Source: Candidatus Planktophila sp. (GTDB lineage Bacteria; Actinomycetota; Actinomycetes; Nanopelagicales; Nanopelagicaceae). From it: a stretch of DNA of 64,000 bases. Shown here in pieces: positions 48,911-60,400 of this stretch. Positions within the stretch are counted from its first letter, which is position 1. Every line of letters begins with the position of its first letter. The stretch is taken from positions 1,151-65,150 of the forward strand of contig JBIIUL010000001.1 of the NCBI GenBank assembly GCA_044340015.1. The letters are read 5' to 3'. Below the pieces are notes generated by a model that worked only from the letters and a program-made list of their open reading frames with translations, ran no database searches and was not told the origin of the DNA. Both the position numbers and the translations under genes were made by a program.

Positions 48911-49684
48911 ATGGCTTTATCAATCCGGATCATTCCCTGCCTAGATGTAACTGATGGTCGCGTTGTAAAGGGCGTCAACTTCACCGATTTAGTTGATGCG
49001 GGTGATCCAGTTGAGATGGCATCGCTTTACAACTTAGAAGGCGCAGATGAGTTAACTTTCTTAGATATCTCTGCCAGCAGCAGTAACCGCGAAACAACTT
49101 TAGATGTAGTGCGCAAGACCGCTGAACAAGTCTTTATTCCGTTAACAGTTGGCGGTGGCATTCGCTCAGTTGATGATGTTGACCGTTTACTACGTGCTGG
49201 TGCAGATAAAGTTTCGATCAATACTTCTGCGATTGCGCGCCCTGAATTAATCGCAGAAATCGCCGATCGCTTCGGCTCGCAAGTGTTAGTTATCTCAATT
49301 GATGCAAGACGTGCTCGAACCGAGTCAGGCTTTGAGGTTACAACGCATGGCGGTCGACAAAGTGCTGGGCTTGATGCTCTTGCTTGGGTTGAAAAAGCTT
49401 GCGCACTTGGTGCGGGAGAAATTCTCCTCAACTCTATGGATGCCGATGGAACGCGCGCGGGCTATGACGTCGGAATGATTACCGCAGTTCGCGCCATCTC
49501 TAAAGTTCCTCTCATCGCTAGTGGTGGCGCAGGCGCGCTAGAAGATTTTGCCGTTGCCCTTGATGCCGGTGCAGATGCGCTACTTGCAGCCAGCGTCTTT
49601 CACTTCGGCGTTCACCGCATAGGTGATGTAAAGCGCTACCTAAGCGCGCAGGGTTATTCCATTCGCAACAACGCAACTGCGTAA
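48911..49684 (+). CDS. hisF: Imidazole glycerol phosphate synthase, cyclase subunit
   Basis: [29 protein letters not shown]. Confidence 0.97.
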   Translation: MALSIRIIPCLDVTDGRVVKGVNFTDLVDAGDPVEMASLYNLEGADELTFLDISASSSNRETTLDVVRKTAEQVFIPLTVGGGIRSVDDVDRLLRAGADKVSINTSAIARPELIAEIADRFGSQVLVISIDARRARTESGFEVTTHGGRQSAGLDALAWVEKACALGAGEILLNSMDADGTRAGYDVGMITAVRAISKVPLIASGGAGALEDFAVALDAGADALLAASVFHFGVHRIGDVKRYLSAQGYSIRNNATA

Positions 49685-49698
49685 GGCAGAATAAGCAT

Positions 49699-50049
49699 AT
49701 GAGCGCTGCGATCCCACCAGATATAGCAGCGCGTCTGAAAGTAGGTATCGATCTAATTCCAACGATCGCCCAAGATGCTAAAACCGGTGAGGTTTTAATG
49801 CTGGCCTATATGAACCGCGAATCTCTTGCGCAAACTTTGGCAACAGGTAAGGCGACTTACTGGAGCCGCAGCCGCAGCGAACTCTGGGTTAAGGGTGCCA
49901 CATCTGGCCATACCCAAGAGGTAATTTCAATTTCACTTGATTGCGATGGCGATGCTTTGCTTCTAAAAGTTAACCAAGTTGGCGCGGCTTGCCACACTGG
50001 AGATAAAACTTGTTTCCACAAACCGCTAGAGATAAGTGCGGAAAAGTAA
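49699..50049 (+). CDS. hisI: Phosphoribosyl-AMP cyclohydrolase
   Basis: LMLAYMN, YWSRSR..LW.KG.TSG, DCDGD, ACHTG..TCF. Confidence 0.96.
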   Translation: MSAAIPPDIAARLKVGIDLIPTIAQDAKTGEVLMLAYMNRESLAQTLATGKATYWSRSRSELWVKGATSGHTQEVISISLDCDGDALLLKVNQVGAACHTGDKTCFHKPLEISAEK

Positions 50050-51539
50050 TGCAATTATCTGAATTTCGCGAGTATGCGAAGAGTTACAACGTTATTCCGG
50101 TTTATCGCAAACTCCTTGCCGACGGTGAAACACCACTAGGTGTCTACCGCAAGATAGCTAAAAATGAAGCATCAACTTTTCTCTTGGAATCCGCCGAACA
50201 CGGGGGAGTCTGGTCGCGCTATTCGTTTATCGGCGCCCACTCCCAAGCAACTTTAAGTGAGAAAGATGGCCGTTCAATTTGGGTCGGTACAACACCTGCT
50301 GGCGCACCGGTTGGGATAGATCCACTTGAAGCCCTTCGTCTATCGGCTGCTCACTTAAAGTCTCCAAAGATTGCTGGACTCCCACCGCTTACTGGTGGAC
50401 TAGTTGGCTACATGGGTTATGACGCAGTTCGCCGCTTAGAGAAATTGCCCAGCCAAAGCGTAAAAGATATTCCGCTTCCAGAAATCGCCTTTATGTTAAC
50501 TAGTGATCTAGCGGTAATGGATCACGCCGAGGGAACAATTACCTTAATCGCTAACGCTATTAACTGGGATGGCAGCAACGAGCGAATCGATGAAGCATTT
50601 CACGATGCTCAACTTCGTTTAGATCGCATGCAATCTGATCTGCAAGGTTCGTTACCTGGATACATCGTCCAGATTCCAGAAAAGCAAACTCCACAATTCA
50701 CCCAGAACATCTCCAGCAATGAATTCAAATCCATGGTGCTACAGGCTAAGGAAGAGATTGTTGCGGGGGAGGCTTTTCAAATAGTCCTATCGCAACGATT
50801 TGCTATGGAATGTAGCGCCGATGCTTTAGATGTTTACCGTGCGCTACGCCTTCATAACCCAAGCCCATACATGTATCTCTTCCGCTTTACCGATGGAATA
50901 GAAGTGGTCGGCTCAAGCCCCGAAGCCTTGGTAAAGGTGACCGGTAAAGAGGTAATGGTTCATCCGATTGCTGGAACTAGAAAACGCTCAGCATCTGCTG
51001 AAGAAGACCATCGTTTAGGTGAAGAGTTATTGGCCGATCCCAAAGAGCGCGCAGAACACTTGATGTTGGTTGATCTTGGGAGAAATGATCTGGGCCGAAT
51101 CTCAAAGCCAGGCACTGTTGAAGTAATCGACTTTATGCATATCGAACGCTATTCACATGTGATGCATATTGTTTCTACAGTCATTGGCGAACTTGCACAA
51201 ACTTCTACGCCAGTTGATGCGCTCTTTGCCGTCTTTCCTGCCGGAACGCTATCTGGTGCGCCAAAGCCAAGAGCGATGGAGATAATTGAAGAACTCGAAC
51301 CAACTCGACGCGGGCTCTACGGGGGAGCAATCGGTTATATAGATTTCACTGGCAATATCGATACATGTATCGCAATTCGCACCGCGCTGATTTATAACAA
51401 GATGGCTTACGTTCAGGCAGGCGCGGGCGTAGTAGCAGATTCAGATCCGGCATCTGAAGATCAAGAATGCGCAAATAAAGCAGCTGCAGTTCTAGGTGCG
51501 ATCAGCGCTGCAAATCAAATGAGGTCAGAAAGTGTCTGA
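50049..51539 (+). CDS. trpE: Anthranilate synthase component I
   Basis: LLES, NPSPYM, SSPE, PIAGT, EHLMLVDL.RND, GTLSGAPK. Start at ATG 50049 (TAATG overlap with hisI). Confidence 0.96.
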   Translation: MQLSEFREYAKSYNVIPVYRKLLADGETPLGVYRKIAKNEASTFLLESAEHGGVWSRYSFIGAHSQATLSEKDGRSIWVGTTPAGAPVGIDPLEALRLSAAHLKSPKIAGLPPLTGGLVGYMGYDAVRRLEKLPSQSVKDIPLPEIAFMLTSDLAVMDHAEGTITLIANAINWDGSNERIDEAFHDAQLRLDRMQSDLQGSLPGYIVQIPEKQTPQFTQNISSNEFKSMVLQAKEEIVAGEAFQIVLSQRFAMECSADALDVYRALRLHNPSPYMYLFRFTDGIEVVGSSPEALVKVTGKEVMVHPIAGTRKRSASAEEDHRLGEELLADPKERAEHLMLVDLGRNDLGRISKPGTVEVIDFMHIERYSHVMHIVSTVIGELAQTSTPVDALFAVFPAGTLSGAPKPRAMEIIEELEPTRRGLYGGAIGYIDFTGNIDTCIAIRTALIYNKMAYVQAGAGVVADSDPASEDQECANKAAAVLGAISAANQMRSESV

Positions 51540-51723
51540 GTTTGTTCAAATAGTTATCTCAATTTTGATTGTTGCAACTCTCACGCTCTATATTTCAAAG
51601 CGCTTTCGAATTTCTAAACGATACGAACGCCAATCTAGAAATAAGCCACCTATGAATTCGTGGAGCGCACTCGACCACGGAATCGATCCCAGCGATCTCA
51701 AAGGTGAGAACGAGAAGCCATGA
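51532..51723 (+). CDS. Small membrane protein resembling the C-terminus of the Trp biosynthesis-associated membrane protein
   Basis: One TM helix, then RYER...WSALDHGIDP. Overlaps both trpE and trpC. Confidence 0.7.
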   Translation: MSEFVQIVISILIVATLTLYISKRFRISKRYERQSRNKPPMNSWSALDHGIDPSDLKGENEKP

Positions 51724-52493
51724 CCGTCCTAGATTCGATAATTGAGGGCGTTCGTGAAGATTTAGCCAAACGTCGCAAATCGCTAAACCAAATTCATGAA
51801 GAGATGTCGCAAGCCGCACCGGTGCGCGATGCCCACCTTGCCTTAACCGGAGATGAGATGAAGGTAATCGCTGAAGTAAAGCGATCATCACCAAGTAAAG
51901 GCGCACTTTCTGCGATCTCCGATCCAGCAGCGCTAGCTGAGCGCTACCAAAGCGCTGGTGCAAGTGTGATTAGCGTTCTAACGGAGGAACGCCGCTTTAA
52001 AGGATCGCTCGCTGATTTAGATGCGGTACGCAATCGGGTAGATACTCCAATTTTGCGTAAAGACTTTATGGTTGACGAATATCAATTCTTTGAAGCGCGC
52101 GCTCATGGAGCTGATGTAATCCTTTTAATTGTCGCAGCGCTCTCTAAGAGCCAACTTAGAGATTTCTTTGATATCGCAACTGAATTGCAGATGGCATCAC
52201 TGATTGAAGTTCATACATCAGATGAGTTAGAGCGGGCGCTAGAAATCTCACCTCGAATCGTGGGCGTAAACTCGCGAAACCTAAAGACCTTAGAAGTAGA
52301 TGCCACAGCCTTCTCTGATTTGATTCCGAGAATTCCAAGCGATCTAATCCGTGTTGCCGAATCTGGAATATCAACTAGGGGCGATGTTGAATTTGCTCAG
52401 GACTCAGGCGCAGATGCGATCTTGGTCGGTGAAGCCCTGGTTACATCGGGTGATCCAGATTTGGCGATGCGGACCTTATTGGGTCGAGGGTAG
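51720..52493 (+). CDS. trpC: Indole-3-glycerol phosphate synthase
   Basis: [37 protein letters not shown]. Confidence 0.97.
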   Translation: MTVLDSIIEGVREDLAKRRKSLNQIHEEMSQAAPVRDAHLALTGDEMKVIAEVKRSSPSKGALSAISDPAALAERYQSAGASVISVLTEERRFKGSLADLDAVRNRVDTPILRKDFMVDEYQFFEARAHGADVILLIVAALSKSQLRDFFDIATELQMASLIEVHTSDELERALEISPRIVGVNSRNLKTLEVDATAFSDLIPRIPSDLIRVAESGISTRGDVEFAQDSGADAILVGEALVTSGDPDLAMRTLLGRG

Positions 52494-52503
52494 GCTTAAA
52501 CCC

Positions 52504-53715
52504 ATGTCGACTACGCCGCAAGAAGATCTTGGATCCATCTTGGGTCACTTCGGTCCTTATGGTGGTCGCTTTGTACCTGAAGCTCTAATTGGCGCTCTAG
52601 AGGAATTAGAAGCAGCCCATCTCACTGCACAGAGCGATCCATCATTTGTTGCTGAACTCGCAGAGCTACATCGCACGTACACCGGGCGCCCTAGCATCCT
52701 CACTGAAGCAATACGCTTTGCAGAACATGCAGGCGGTGCGCGCATTATTTTAAAGCGTGAAGATTTAAACCACACTGGTAGCCATAAAATCAATAACGTT
52801 CTTGGCCAAGCGTTACTCACAAAGCGCATGGGTAAGAAGCGCATAATCGCTGAAACCGGCGCAGGTCAGCATGGCGTTGCATCAGCAACAGCTGCCGCGT
52901 TGATGGGCTTGGAATGTGTTGTCTATATGGGCGAAGAAGATACAAAACGCCAAGCGTTAAATGTTGCGCGCATGAAATTACTTGGCGCTGAAGTTGTTCC
53001 TGTTACAACAGGTTCGCGAACCTTAAAGGATGCCATCAATGAAGCGATGCGCGATTGGGTAACTAACGTTGAAACCACTCACTACATGCTGGGCACCGTT
53101 GCAGGTCCGCACCCCTTCCCAACTATGGTTAGAGATTTTCATAAGATCATCGGCGAAGAAACACGCGAACAAGTTTTAGCGCTCACTGGTCGCCTACCTG
53201 ATGCAGTACTTGCCTGCGTTGGTGGCGGATCAAATGCGATCGGAATCTTCCACCGCTTTATCTCCGATCCATCAGTACGTTTGATTGGGCTAGAAGCAGG
53301 TGGAGACGGCGTGGAAACTGGACGCCATGCAGCAACAATTACTGGTGGAACTCCAGGAGTTCTGCACGGAACTCGATCTTATGTTTTGCAAGATGCTAAT
53401 GGTCAAACTGTTGAGTCACATTCAATTTCTGCTGGTCTTGATTACCCTGGTGTAGGTCCTGAGCATGCGTACTTGCATGACATTGGGCGCACTGAGTATC
53501 GCGCCATCACAGATGAACAAGCGATGCATGCCTTCGCACTTCTTTCGAAGACAGAAGGAATTATTCCTGCGATCGAAACTGCACATGCTCTAGCAGGTGC
53601 GCTCCAGGTTGGAAATGAACTAGGTAAAGATGCGATTATCGTTATCAACCTTTCTGGTCGCGGCGATAAAGATGTGCAGACTGCAGCGCAATATTTTGGA
53701 ATTCCACTGGATTAA
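52504..53715 (+). CDS. trpB: Tryptophan synthase beta chain
   Basis: [37 protein letters not shown]. Start at ATG 52504 (TAGGCT-7nt-ATG). Confidence 0.97.
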   Translation: MSTTPQEDLGSILGHFGPYGGRFVPEALIGALEELEAAHLTAQSDPSFVAELAELHRTYTGRPSILTEAIRFAEHAGGARIILKREDLNHTGSHKINNVLGQALLTKRMGKKRIIAETGAGQHGVASATAAALMGLECVVYMGEEDTKRQALNVARMKLLGAEVVPVTTGSRTLKDAINEAMRDWVTNVETTHYMLGTVAGPHPFPTMVRDFHKIIGEETREQVLALTGRLPDAVLACVGGGSNAIGIFHRFISDPSVRLIGLEAGGDGVETGRHAATITGGTPGVLHGTRSYVLQDANGQTVESHSISAGLDYPGVGPEHAYLHDIGRTEYRAITDEQAMHAFALLSKTEGIIPAIETAHALAGALQVGNELGKDAIIVINLSGRGDKDVQTAAQYFGIPLD

Positions 53716-54515
53716 TGACTGCACTCGATCAACTATTTGTAAAGGTTCGCGCTGAAAATCGCGCTGCGCTAATTGCATATATCCCTGCAGGTTTTCCTTC
53801 TCAAGCAGGTTGTGCAAAAGTTATTCAAACCTTTATCGATGCCGGAGTTGACGCAATCGAGATTGGTTTTCCATATAGCGATCCGGTAATGGATGGCCCA
53901 ACTATTCAGGCGGCAGCGGTAACCGCGTTAGAAAACGGCACTGGTGCGGCTGAGGTTATGTCGGCTCTAAAAGTGGCAACAGATGGCGGAGTTGCTGCAG
54001 TAGTAATGACTTACTGGAACCCAATCGAGCGTTATGGCGTAACTAAATTTGCTGAGGCGATCGCCGCAAATGGCGGCTCAGGTGTAATCACTCCCGATTT
54101 AACGATAGAAGAGTCCGTTGTCTGGCTAGATGCCACTAAGGAAAATTCAATTAATCCAATCTACGTAATCGCGCCAAGTACATCCGATGCACGCATGCCA
54201 AAGGTCACTGCGGCGTGTGGCGGATTTGTTTATGCTGCGAGTTTGATGGGCGTAACTGGTGCGCGAAATTCTGTCTCGTCAGGTGCTGCCGATCTAGTCG
54301 CGCGAATCCGCACGACTACTGGCCTACCAGTGGCTGTTGGCTTAGGTGTTTCAACCCGCGAACAAGCTAAGGGCGTTGCTGCATATGCTGATGGAGTAAT
54401 AGTTGGTTCAGCTTTCATTAAAGCTATACAAGATGCACCAAATGAAGAAGCCGGATTAGCCGCAGTTAAAGAGTTAGCAATAGAGCTAGCTAAAGGTGTG
54501 CGTGAGGGACGATGA
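53715..54515 (+). CDS. trpA: Tryptophan synthase alpha chain
   Basis: EIGFPYSDPVMDGPTIQ, MTYWNP, GVTGAR, ADGVIVGS. Confidence 0.97.
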   Translation: MTALDQLFVKVRAENRAALIAYIPAGFPSQAGCAKVIQTFIDAGVDAIEIGFPYSDPVMDGPTIQAAAVTALENGTGAAEVMSALKVATDGGVAAVVMTYWNPIERYGVTKFAEAIAANGGSGVITPDLTIEESVVWLDATKENSINPIYVIAPSTSDARMPKVTAACGGFVYAASLMGVTGARNSVSSGAADLVARIRTTTGLPVAVGLGVSTREQAKGVAAYADGVIVGSAFIKAIQDAPNEEAGLAAVKELAIELAKGVREGR

Positions 54516-55000
54516 GTAAATTTGAAAAGTTACAACCTTGGATTGGTTTGGTCTGTCGACTCACCCTTGGAGGCGTTCTCTTTGTCGCAGGTTATTTAAA
54601 GGTCGACAAGCTCGAGGTATCTCAAATGGCAGTTCGTTCGTACGAACTACTTCCAATTCCAATTGCTAATTTTCTTGGCCAGAGCCTTCCATTCTTTGAA
54701 GTTGTAATTGGTCTACTGCTCATCCTTGGAGCGGCCACCCGCGTTGTTGCAGCCCTCGGAGGGTTCACAATGTTCATCTTTATCATTGCAATCGGACAAG
54801 CCTGGGCGCGCGGTTTGAATATTGACTGTGGTTGCTTCGGCGGGGGAGGCACGGTTGCTCCCGGTGAGACACGCTACCTTCAGGAGATTCTCAGAGATGC
54901 TGGGCTAGTCGCGATGGCCCTATTCTTACTCCGATATCCAGTCAGCAAATTTTCAGTTGATAAAGCGCCCAAACAATCTAACGCAGGAGATACGGAATAA
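54512..55000 (+). CDS. MauE/DoxX-family redox-associated membrane protein
   Basis: AVRSYELLP, WARGLNIDCGCFG, ILRD. Confidence 0.85.
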   Translation: MSKFEKLQPWIGLVCRLTLGGVLFVAGYLKVDKLEVSQMAVRSYELLPIPIANFLGQSLPFFEVVIGLLLILGAATRVVAALGGFTMFIFIIAIGQAWARGLNIDCGCFGGGGTVAPGETRYLQEILRDAGLVAMALFLLRYPVSKFSVDKAPKQSNAGDTE

Positions 55001-55002
55001 AG

Positions 55003-55698
55003 ATGGCACAAGCAAAGAAACCAAAGAGCGGAAAATCAAATGGCGGAAAAGATAACTTCACACGCAACCTAGTTGTTGCAGTTGTTGTTGGCGTTGCTCT
55101 GATTATGTTGGTGCCGACGGTTCTATCTAAGCAAGGTGATTCCACCGCGGCTATTCCTGCTACTGCATCAGTAAATGATGGTTACGGATTGGTCTTTAAC
55201 AGTGAGTTAACTGGTGTTCCATTTATCGAAATTTATGAAGACTTTCAATGCCCAGCATGCGCCCGTTTTGAGGCGATCAACGGAGCTTACATTGAAGAGT
55301 TAATTGCAACTAAGAAAGCAAAAGTTGCCTACCATCCGCTCTCCTTCCTTGGTGGCGAGTCACAACTTGCCGCCAATGCTGCTGCGTGTTCTGCCGATCA
55401 AGGTAAGTTCCTTGAATTCCACAGAACTCTCTATGCAAACCAGCCTGCCGAAAATGCTGGTAATTGGACAACACAATATTTCGCAACGCTCGGTATCGGT
55501 CTAGGAATTTCTAGCTCAGATTACGACAAGTGCGTACAAGGCCAGGATTACATGGGCTGGGTTAAGAACGTCGCTGAAGAAGGATCAAAGCGAAATGTAA
55601 ATTCAACTCCAACGGTCTTTATCAACGGTAAGGAAATAGATCGCAATACCGCATATAACGGTCTCGCTGACTTTATGCTCGCGGTCGAAAAAGCCTAA
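55003..55698 (+). CDS. Membrane-anchored DsbA-family thiol-disulfide oxidoreductase
   Basis: TM anchor, YEDFQCPAC, AAC.ADQGKF, cis-Pro loop STPT. Confidence 0.9.
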   Translation: MAQAKKPKSGKSNGGKDNFTRNLVVAVVVGVALIMLVPTVLSKQGDSTAAIPATASVNDGYGLVFNSELTGVPFIEIYEDFQCPACARFEAINGAYIEELIATKKAKVAYHPLSFLGGESQLAANAAACSADQGKFLEFHRTLYANQPAENAGNWTTQYFATLGIGLGISSSDYDKCVQGQDYMGWVKNVAEEGSKRNVNSTPTVFINGKEIDRNTAYNGLADFMLAVEKA

Positions 55699-55709
55699 CT
55701 AGCGAACGC

Positions 55710-56519
55710 ATGAATCGCTCGATACCTACTCCGAGTATTTCGGAAGTTTCAATCGGGCCATTCACCGTGCATTTCTATGCGCTCTGCATCATCACCGGAA
55801 TTGCAATTGCGATCTGGCTGGGCAATAAGCGCCTTGCTGCACACGATCAATCCTTAAAGGGCGTTGTCTCTGAAGTTGCAGTTATCGCTGTACCAGCCGG
55901 AATTATTGGTGGCAGGCTTTATCACGTTATAACAACTCCAGATGAGTTCTTCGGTGCAGATGGCGAACTCCTTGCGATATTAAAAATTTGGCAAGGTGGC
56001 CTTGGTATTTGGGGTGCCATATCTCTTGGCGCACTGGGAGCCTTCTTCTCATATCGCAAACTCGGACGTTCAATGAACTTGCCGAGTTTTGGGGTATTCC
56101 TGGACGCAATTGCTCCGGGAATTCTCTTTGCACAGGCGATCGGCAGATTTGGAAATTGGTTTAACGCCGAACTCTTTGGTCGTCCATTGGATACCTGGTG
56201 GGCTCTTTCTATTCCATACAAATATCGGCCAAGTGGATATGGTCTCGTTGAAACGTTTCATCCAACATTTCTCTACGAAGCGATCTGGTGCACGCTGATT
56301 GCCTTTGCATTGATGGGCGCTTCAAAAAATTGGTCAGCTGGTTGCACCTTTGCCGCATACGTCTCTGGCTATTCAATCGGACGCTTCTTTATCGAATCGA
56401 TCCGCATTGATCCAGCGCATGAAATTGCAGGTCTGCGAGTAAATCAATGGGTAAGCCTGGCGCTAACTTTGATCGCTGCAATGATTTTCACAAGGCTGCG
56501 CAACCGCGATAAGGCCTAA
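55710..56519 (+). CDS. lgt: Prolipoprotein diacylglyceryl transferase
   Basis: GGRLYHV, WQGGLGIWG, QAIGRFGNWFN.E, HPTFLYE. Confidence 0.96.
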   Translation: MNRSIPTPSISEVSIGPFTVHFYALCIITGIAIAIWLGNKRLAAHDQSLKGVVSEVAVIAVPAGIIGGRLYHVITTPDEFFGADGELLAILKIWQGGLGIWGAISLGALGAFFSYRKLGRSMNLPSFGVFLDAIAPGILFAQAIGRFGNWFNAELFGRPLDTWWALSIPYKYRPSGYGLVETFHPTFLYEAIWCTLIAFALMGASKNWSAGCTFAAYVSGYSIGRFFIESIRIDPAHEIAGLRVNQWVSLALTLIAAMIFTRLRNRDKA

Positions 56520-56560
56520 GCCTGCCCAATTTTTTAGCGCCAATCAGATAGGCTACAAAT

Positions 56561-57283
56561 ATGGCACTTGAAGATGTATATCAGCGAAATCTAAGCCACC
56601 GTGGCCATCGCGCAGGTTGGTTACGCGCTGCAGTGCTTGGCGCAAATGATGGTTTGGTTTCAACTGCTTCGCTAATGATTGGTGTATCTGCAGCCACAGC
56701 TGGCCGAGCCGATGCACAATCATTTTTAATTACCGCAGGTGCCGCAGGTATTGCTGCGGGTGCAATGTCGATGGCCGTTGGAGAATATGTCTCAGTGCGT
56801 TCTCAAAATGATATTGAAGAATCTGATCGCGCCCTTGAGGTGCAACATCTAGCAATGGATCCTGAATCAGAGCTCATCGAGTTACAACATATCTATATTG
56901 ATCGAGGGCTGACTCCAGAACTTGCAATGCAGGTTGCCAAAGCGATGCATGATCGCGATCCTTTAGAAGCCCATCTTCGTGATGAGCTAGGACAATTCCC
57001 ACACACTAAAGCGCGACCGGTTCAAGCAGCGATCGCATCTGCTGCCGCATTTACCGCAGGCGGTTTAATTCCATTTATCGGCGCCTTCGCTCCGACTCCC
57101 GGAAGGGCTGCGGCGACGATCGTCGCCTTCACTGTCCTTGGATTAACTCTCACTGGAATTCTCAGCGCGAAGACCGCGGGCTCAAAGGTACTTGTGCCTA
57201 CCCTTCGCGTGATCTTGGGCGGTTGCATCGGCATGGCAATTACCGCAGGAATCGGCCAGGCGCTCCATTTGAGCGGTATCTAA
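56561..57283 (+). CDS. VIT1/CCC1-family Fe/Mn transporter
   Basis: WLRAAVLGANDGLVST, SMAVGEYVSV.SQ, H.RDELG. TAGGCT-6nt-ATG leaderless start. Confidence 0.92.
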   Translation: MALEDVYQRNLSHRGHRAGWLRAAVLGANDGLVSTASLMIGVSAATAGRADAQSFLITAGAAGIAAGAMSMAVGEYVSVRSQNDIEESDRALEVQHLAMDPESELIELQHIYIDRGLTPELAMQVAKAMHDRDPLEAHLRDELGQFPHTKARPVQAAIASAAAFTAGGLIPFIGAFAPTPGRAAATIVAFTVLGLTLTGILSAKTAGSKVLVPTLRVILGGCIGMAITAGIGQALHLSGI

Positions 57284-57434
57284 ACTCACTCTCGCGCAGG
57301 CTTATTCGGGAGTGCCGAATGCCGCAAAGTGTTGCTACCCTTTTGCATCTATAACCGCCTGCGGTGAATATATCGGGCCAAAGTTGTCCCACTCTTTCAA
57401 CAATATAAGTGTGAGCAACAGGAGCGTGTAACAG

Positions 57435-60400
57435 ATGGCTCTTCCATCTAATTACCCAGCACAACAGGGTCTTTATGATCCCGCAAACGAGCATGATGCA
57501 TGCGGCGTTGCGATGGTTGCTACTCTAAATAAAGTTGCGACACATGAGATTGTTGAGAAGGCGCTTACCGCACTTCGCAACTTAGAACACCGCGGCGCCT
57601 CAGGTGCTGAACCAGATAGCGGTGATGGCGCAGGAATTTTAATTCGCGTTCCCGATGCTTTCTATCGCGCAGTTACAGATTTCAAACTTCCCAATGAAGG
57701 CCACTACGCAACAGGCATCGCCTTTGTTTCACAAGGTGCGGATGTTCGCTCTGAGATTGCAAAGATCGCATCGGAAGAAGGTTTAACTGTTCTCGGTTGG
57801 CGCGATCTTCCAATCAACGCCAAATCACTTGGTAAAACTGCTGTCTCGGTCATGCCTAAGTTTGAACAAGTCTTTCTTGCCGGCAACAATAACGAATCAG
57901 GTATTGCGCTAGATCGCCTCGCCTTCTGCCTTAGAAAGCGCGCCGAACATTCACTCGATCTTTACTTCCCATCTCTTTCATCACAAACCATTGTTTACAA
58001 AGGAATGCTTACAACTGGACAGCTCGAAGAGTTCTTCCCAGATCTAAGCGATTCACGCGTTGTCTCACCACTGGCACTTGTCCACTCTCGTTTTTCTACA
58101 AATACTTTTCCATCTTGGCCGCTAGCTCACCCATACCGATTTATCGCACATAACGGTGAGATCAATACCGTTAAGGGAAACCGAAACTGGATGCGCGCCC
58201 GCGAATCACTTCTTGAAAGTGAGTTGATTCCAGGAGATCTAAGTCGCCTCTTTCCAATTGTTGAAATGTCTGGCAGCGACTCGGCTTCCTTCGATGAAGT
58301 ACTAGAACTTCTCTATCTTGGAGGACGCTCACTTCCACACTCTGTTTTGATGATGATTCCTGAAGCGTGGGAAAATCACACAACGATGTCGCAGAAACGT
58401 CGCGACTTCTACGCCTTCCACGCATCTCTTATGGAGCCATGGGATGGTCCAGCTTGCGTAACGTTTACAGATGGACATCAAGTTGGGGCAGTTCTAGATC
58501 GCAACGGTCTACGTCCATCACGTTTCTGGGTTACCGATGATGGGTTAGTTGTTCTTGCATCTGAAGTTGGAGTTCTAGATTTCCCTGCTGAAAAAATTGT
58601 TCGCAAGGGTCGCTTACAGCCCGGCAAGATGTTCTTAGTTGATATCGAAGCAGGACGCATCATTGAAGATGATGAGATTAAAGATTCTTTGGCTGACGCT
58701 GCGCCTTACGGCGAATGGCTTCACGCGGGAATGATGAAGTTATCTGATCTTCCATCCCGTGAACATATTATTTATCCGCACTCTTCTGTGGTTCGCCGCC
58801 AACGCGCCTTTGGTTATACCGAAGAAGAACTTCGCATTCTTGTTACGCCAATGGCAAAGAACGGAATGGAAGCGCTCGGCTCCATGGGTACGGATACTCC
58901 AATTGCAGCGCTCTCTGAAAAGCCACGACTACTATTTGATTACTTCTCACAACTATTTGCGCAAGTTACCAACCCACCGCTAGATGCAATCCGTGAAGAA
59001 CTTGTTACAAGTTTGGGTGGATCAATTGGTCCAGAGCACAACCTGCTTGATCCTGGTCCGTCTTCATGTCGTCAGATCTCACTCGCCTTTCCAGTCATCG
59101 ATAACGATGAACTAGCAAAGATCATCCATGTAAATGCTGATGGCGACCACCCAGGTTTATCTGCCTACGTGGTTCGCGGGCTCTTTCCAGTTTCAGGTGA
59201 TGGAAACACGCTACATACTCGCCTTGAAGAAATTAAGCGCGAAGTATCGGATGCGATAACAGCTGGTGCGCGCATCATCGTTCTATCCGACCGTGATGGT
59301 GATGCTGAAGATGCGCCAATTCCTTCACTTCTCTTAACTGCCGCAGTTCATCACCATTTGATCCGCGAGAAGACTCGCACCAAAGTTGGACTTGTTGTAG
59401 AAGCTGGCGATGTTCGCGAAGTTCACCATGTAGCGCTGCTTATTGGTTACGGCGCAGCAGCGGTAAACCCATATCTGGCTATGGAATCTGCTGAAGATTT
59501 AGTTCTGCAGGGCGTCATAACTGGAATTACTCCTGAAAAGGCCGTTCGCAACATTATTAAGAGCTTGGGTAAGGGTGTTCTTAAGGTGATGTCGAAGATG
59601 GGCATTTCTACTATCGCCTCTTACACGGGAGCTCAAGTATTTGAAGCGATCGGACTTTCTCAAGAAGTTGTCGACGAATACTTTGTTGGTACGACTTCGC
59701 GACTTGGCGGAATCAGTCTCGACACTATTGCTGAAGAAACTTTGGCGCGCCACCACATCGCCTATCCACCTGGGGGAGCGATCCCTGGTTCAAAGCGTTT
59801 GCCGATCGGCGGCGAATACCAATGGCGTCGCGATGGCGAACCGCATCTATTTAATCCAGAGACGGTCTTTGCGCTGCAACACTCAACTCGATCAAAGCGC
59901 TACGACATATTTAAGCGTTACACCAGCAAGGTCGATAGCCAAAGTAAAGAGCTAATGACTCTGCGCGGACTCTTTGCATTTAAAGATGGCATCCGCCCGG
60001 CAATTTCCATAGATGAAGTTGAACCAATTTCCGAGATCGTAAAGCGTTTCTCAACCGGCGCTATGTCTTGGGGTTCAGTTTCACAAGAAGTCCATGAAAC
60101 TTTAGCGATCGCTATGAACCGACTCGGCGCCAAATCAAATACTGGCGAAGGCGGCGAAGACCCATCGCGCTTTATCCCTATGGAAAATGGCGATTCCAAG
60201 CGCAGCGCAATCAAGCAGGTTGCGAGCGGTCGTTTCGGAGTTACAAGCAACTACCTAGTTAACGCCGACGATATCCAAATTAAGATTGCACAAGGTGCAA
60301 AGCCTGGTGAAGGCGGCCAGTTGCCAGGCAACAAGGTCTATCCATGGATCGCCAAGGTTCGTTACTCAACTCCAGGTGTTGGTTTGATTTCACCACCGCC

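Noticed and set aside
52351-52503. 51-aa N-terminal extension of TrpB in the ORF track
   Set aside because: It overlaps trpC. Homology begins near ATG 52504, which has its own -10.
48158-54515. Missing trpF, trpD, trpG, hisG and hisE
   Set aside because: PriA covers TrpF, and the other genes normally lie elsewhere in actinobacteria, so this is not evidence of auxotrophy.
57284-57434. Possible GlnR box or structured leader before gltB, and the antisense ORF 57240-57494
   Set aside because: No correctly spaced GTNAC-N6-GTNAC pair and no convincing stem. The ORF has no support.
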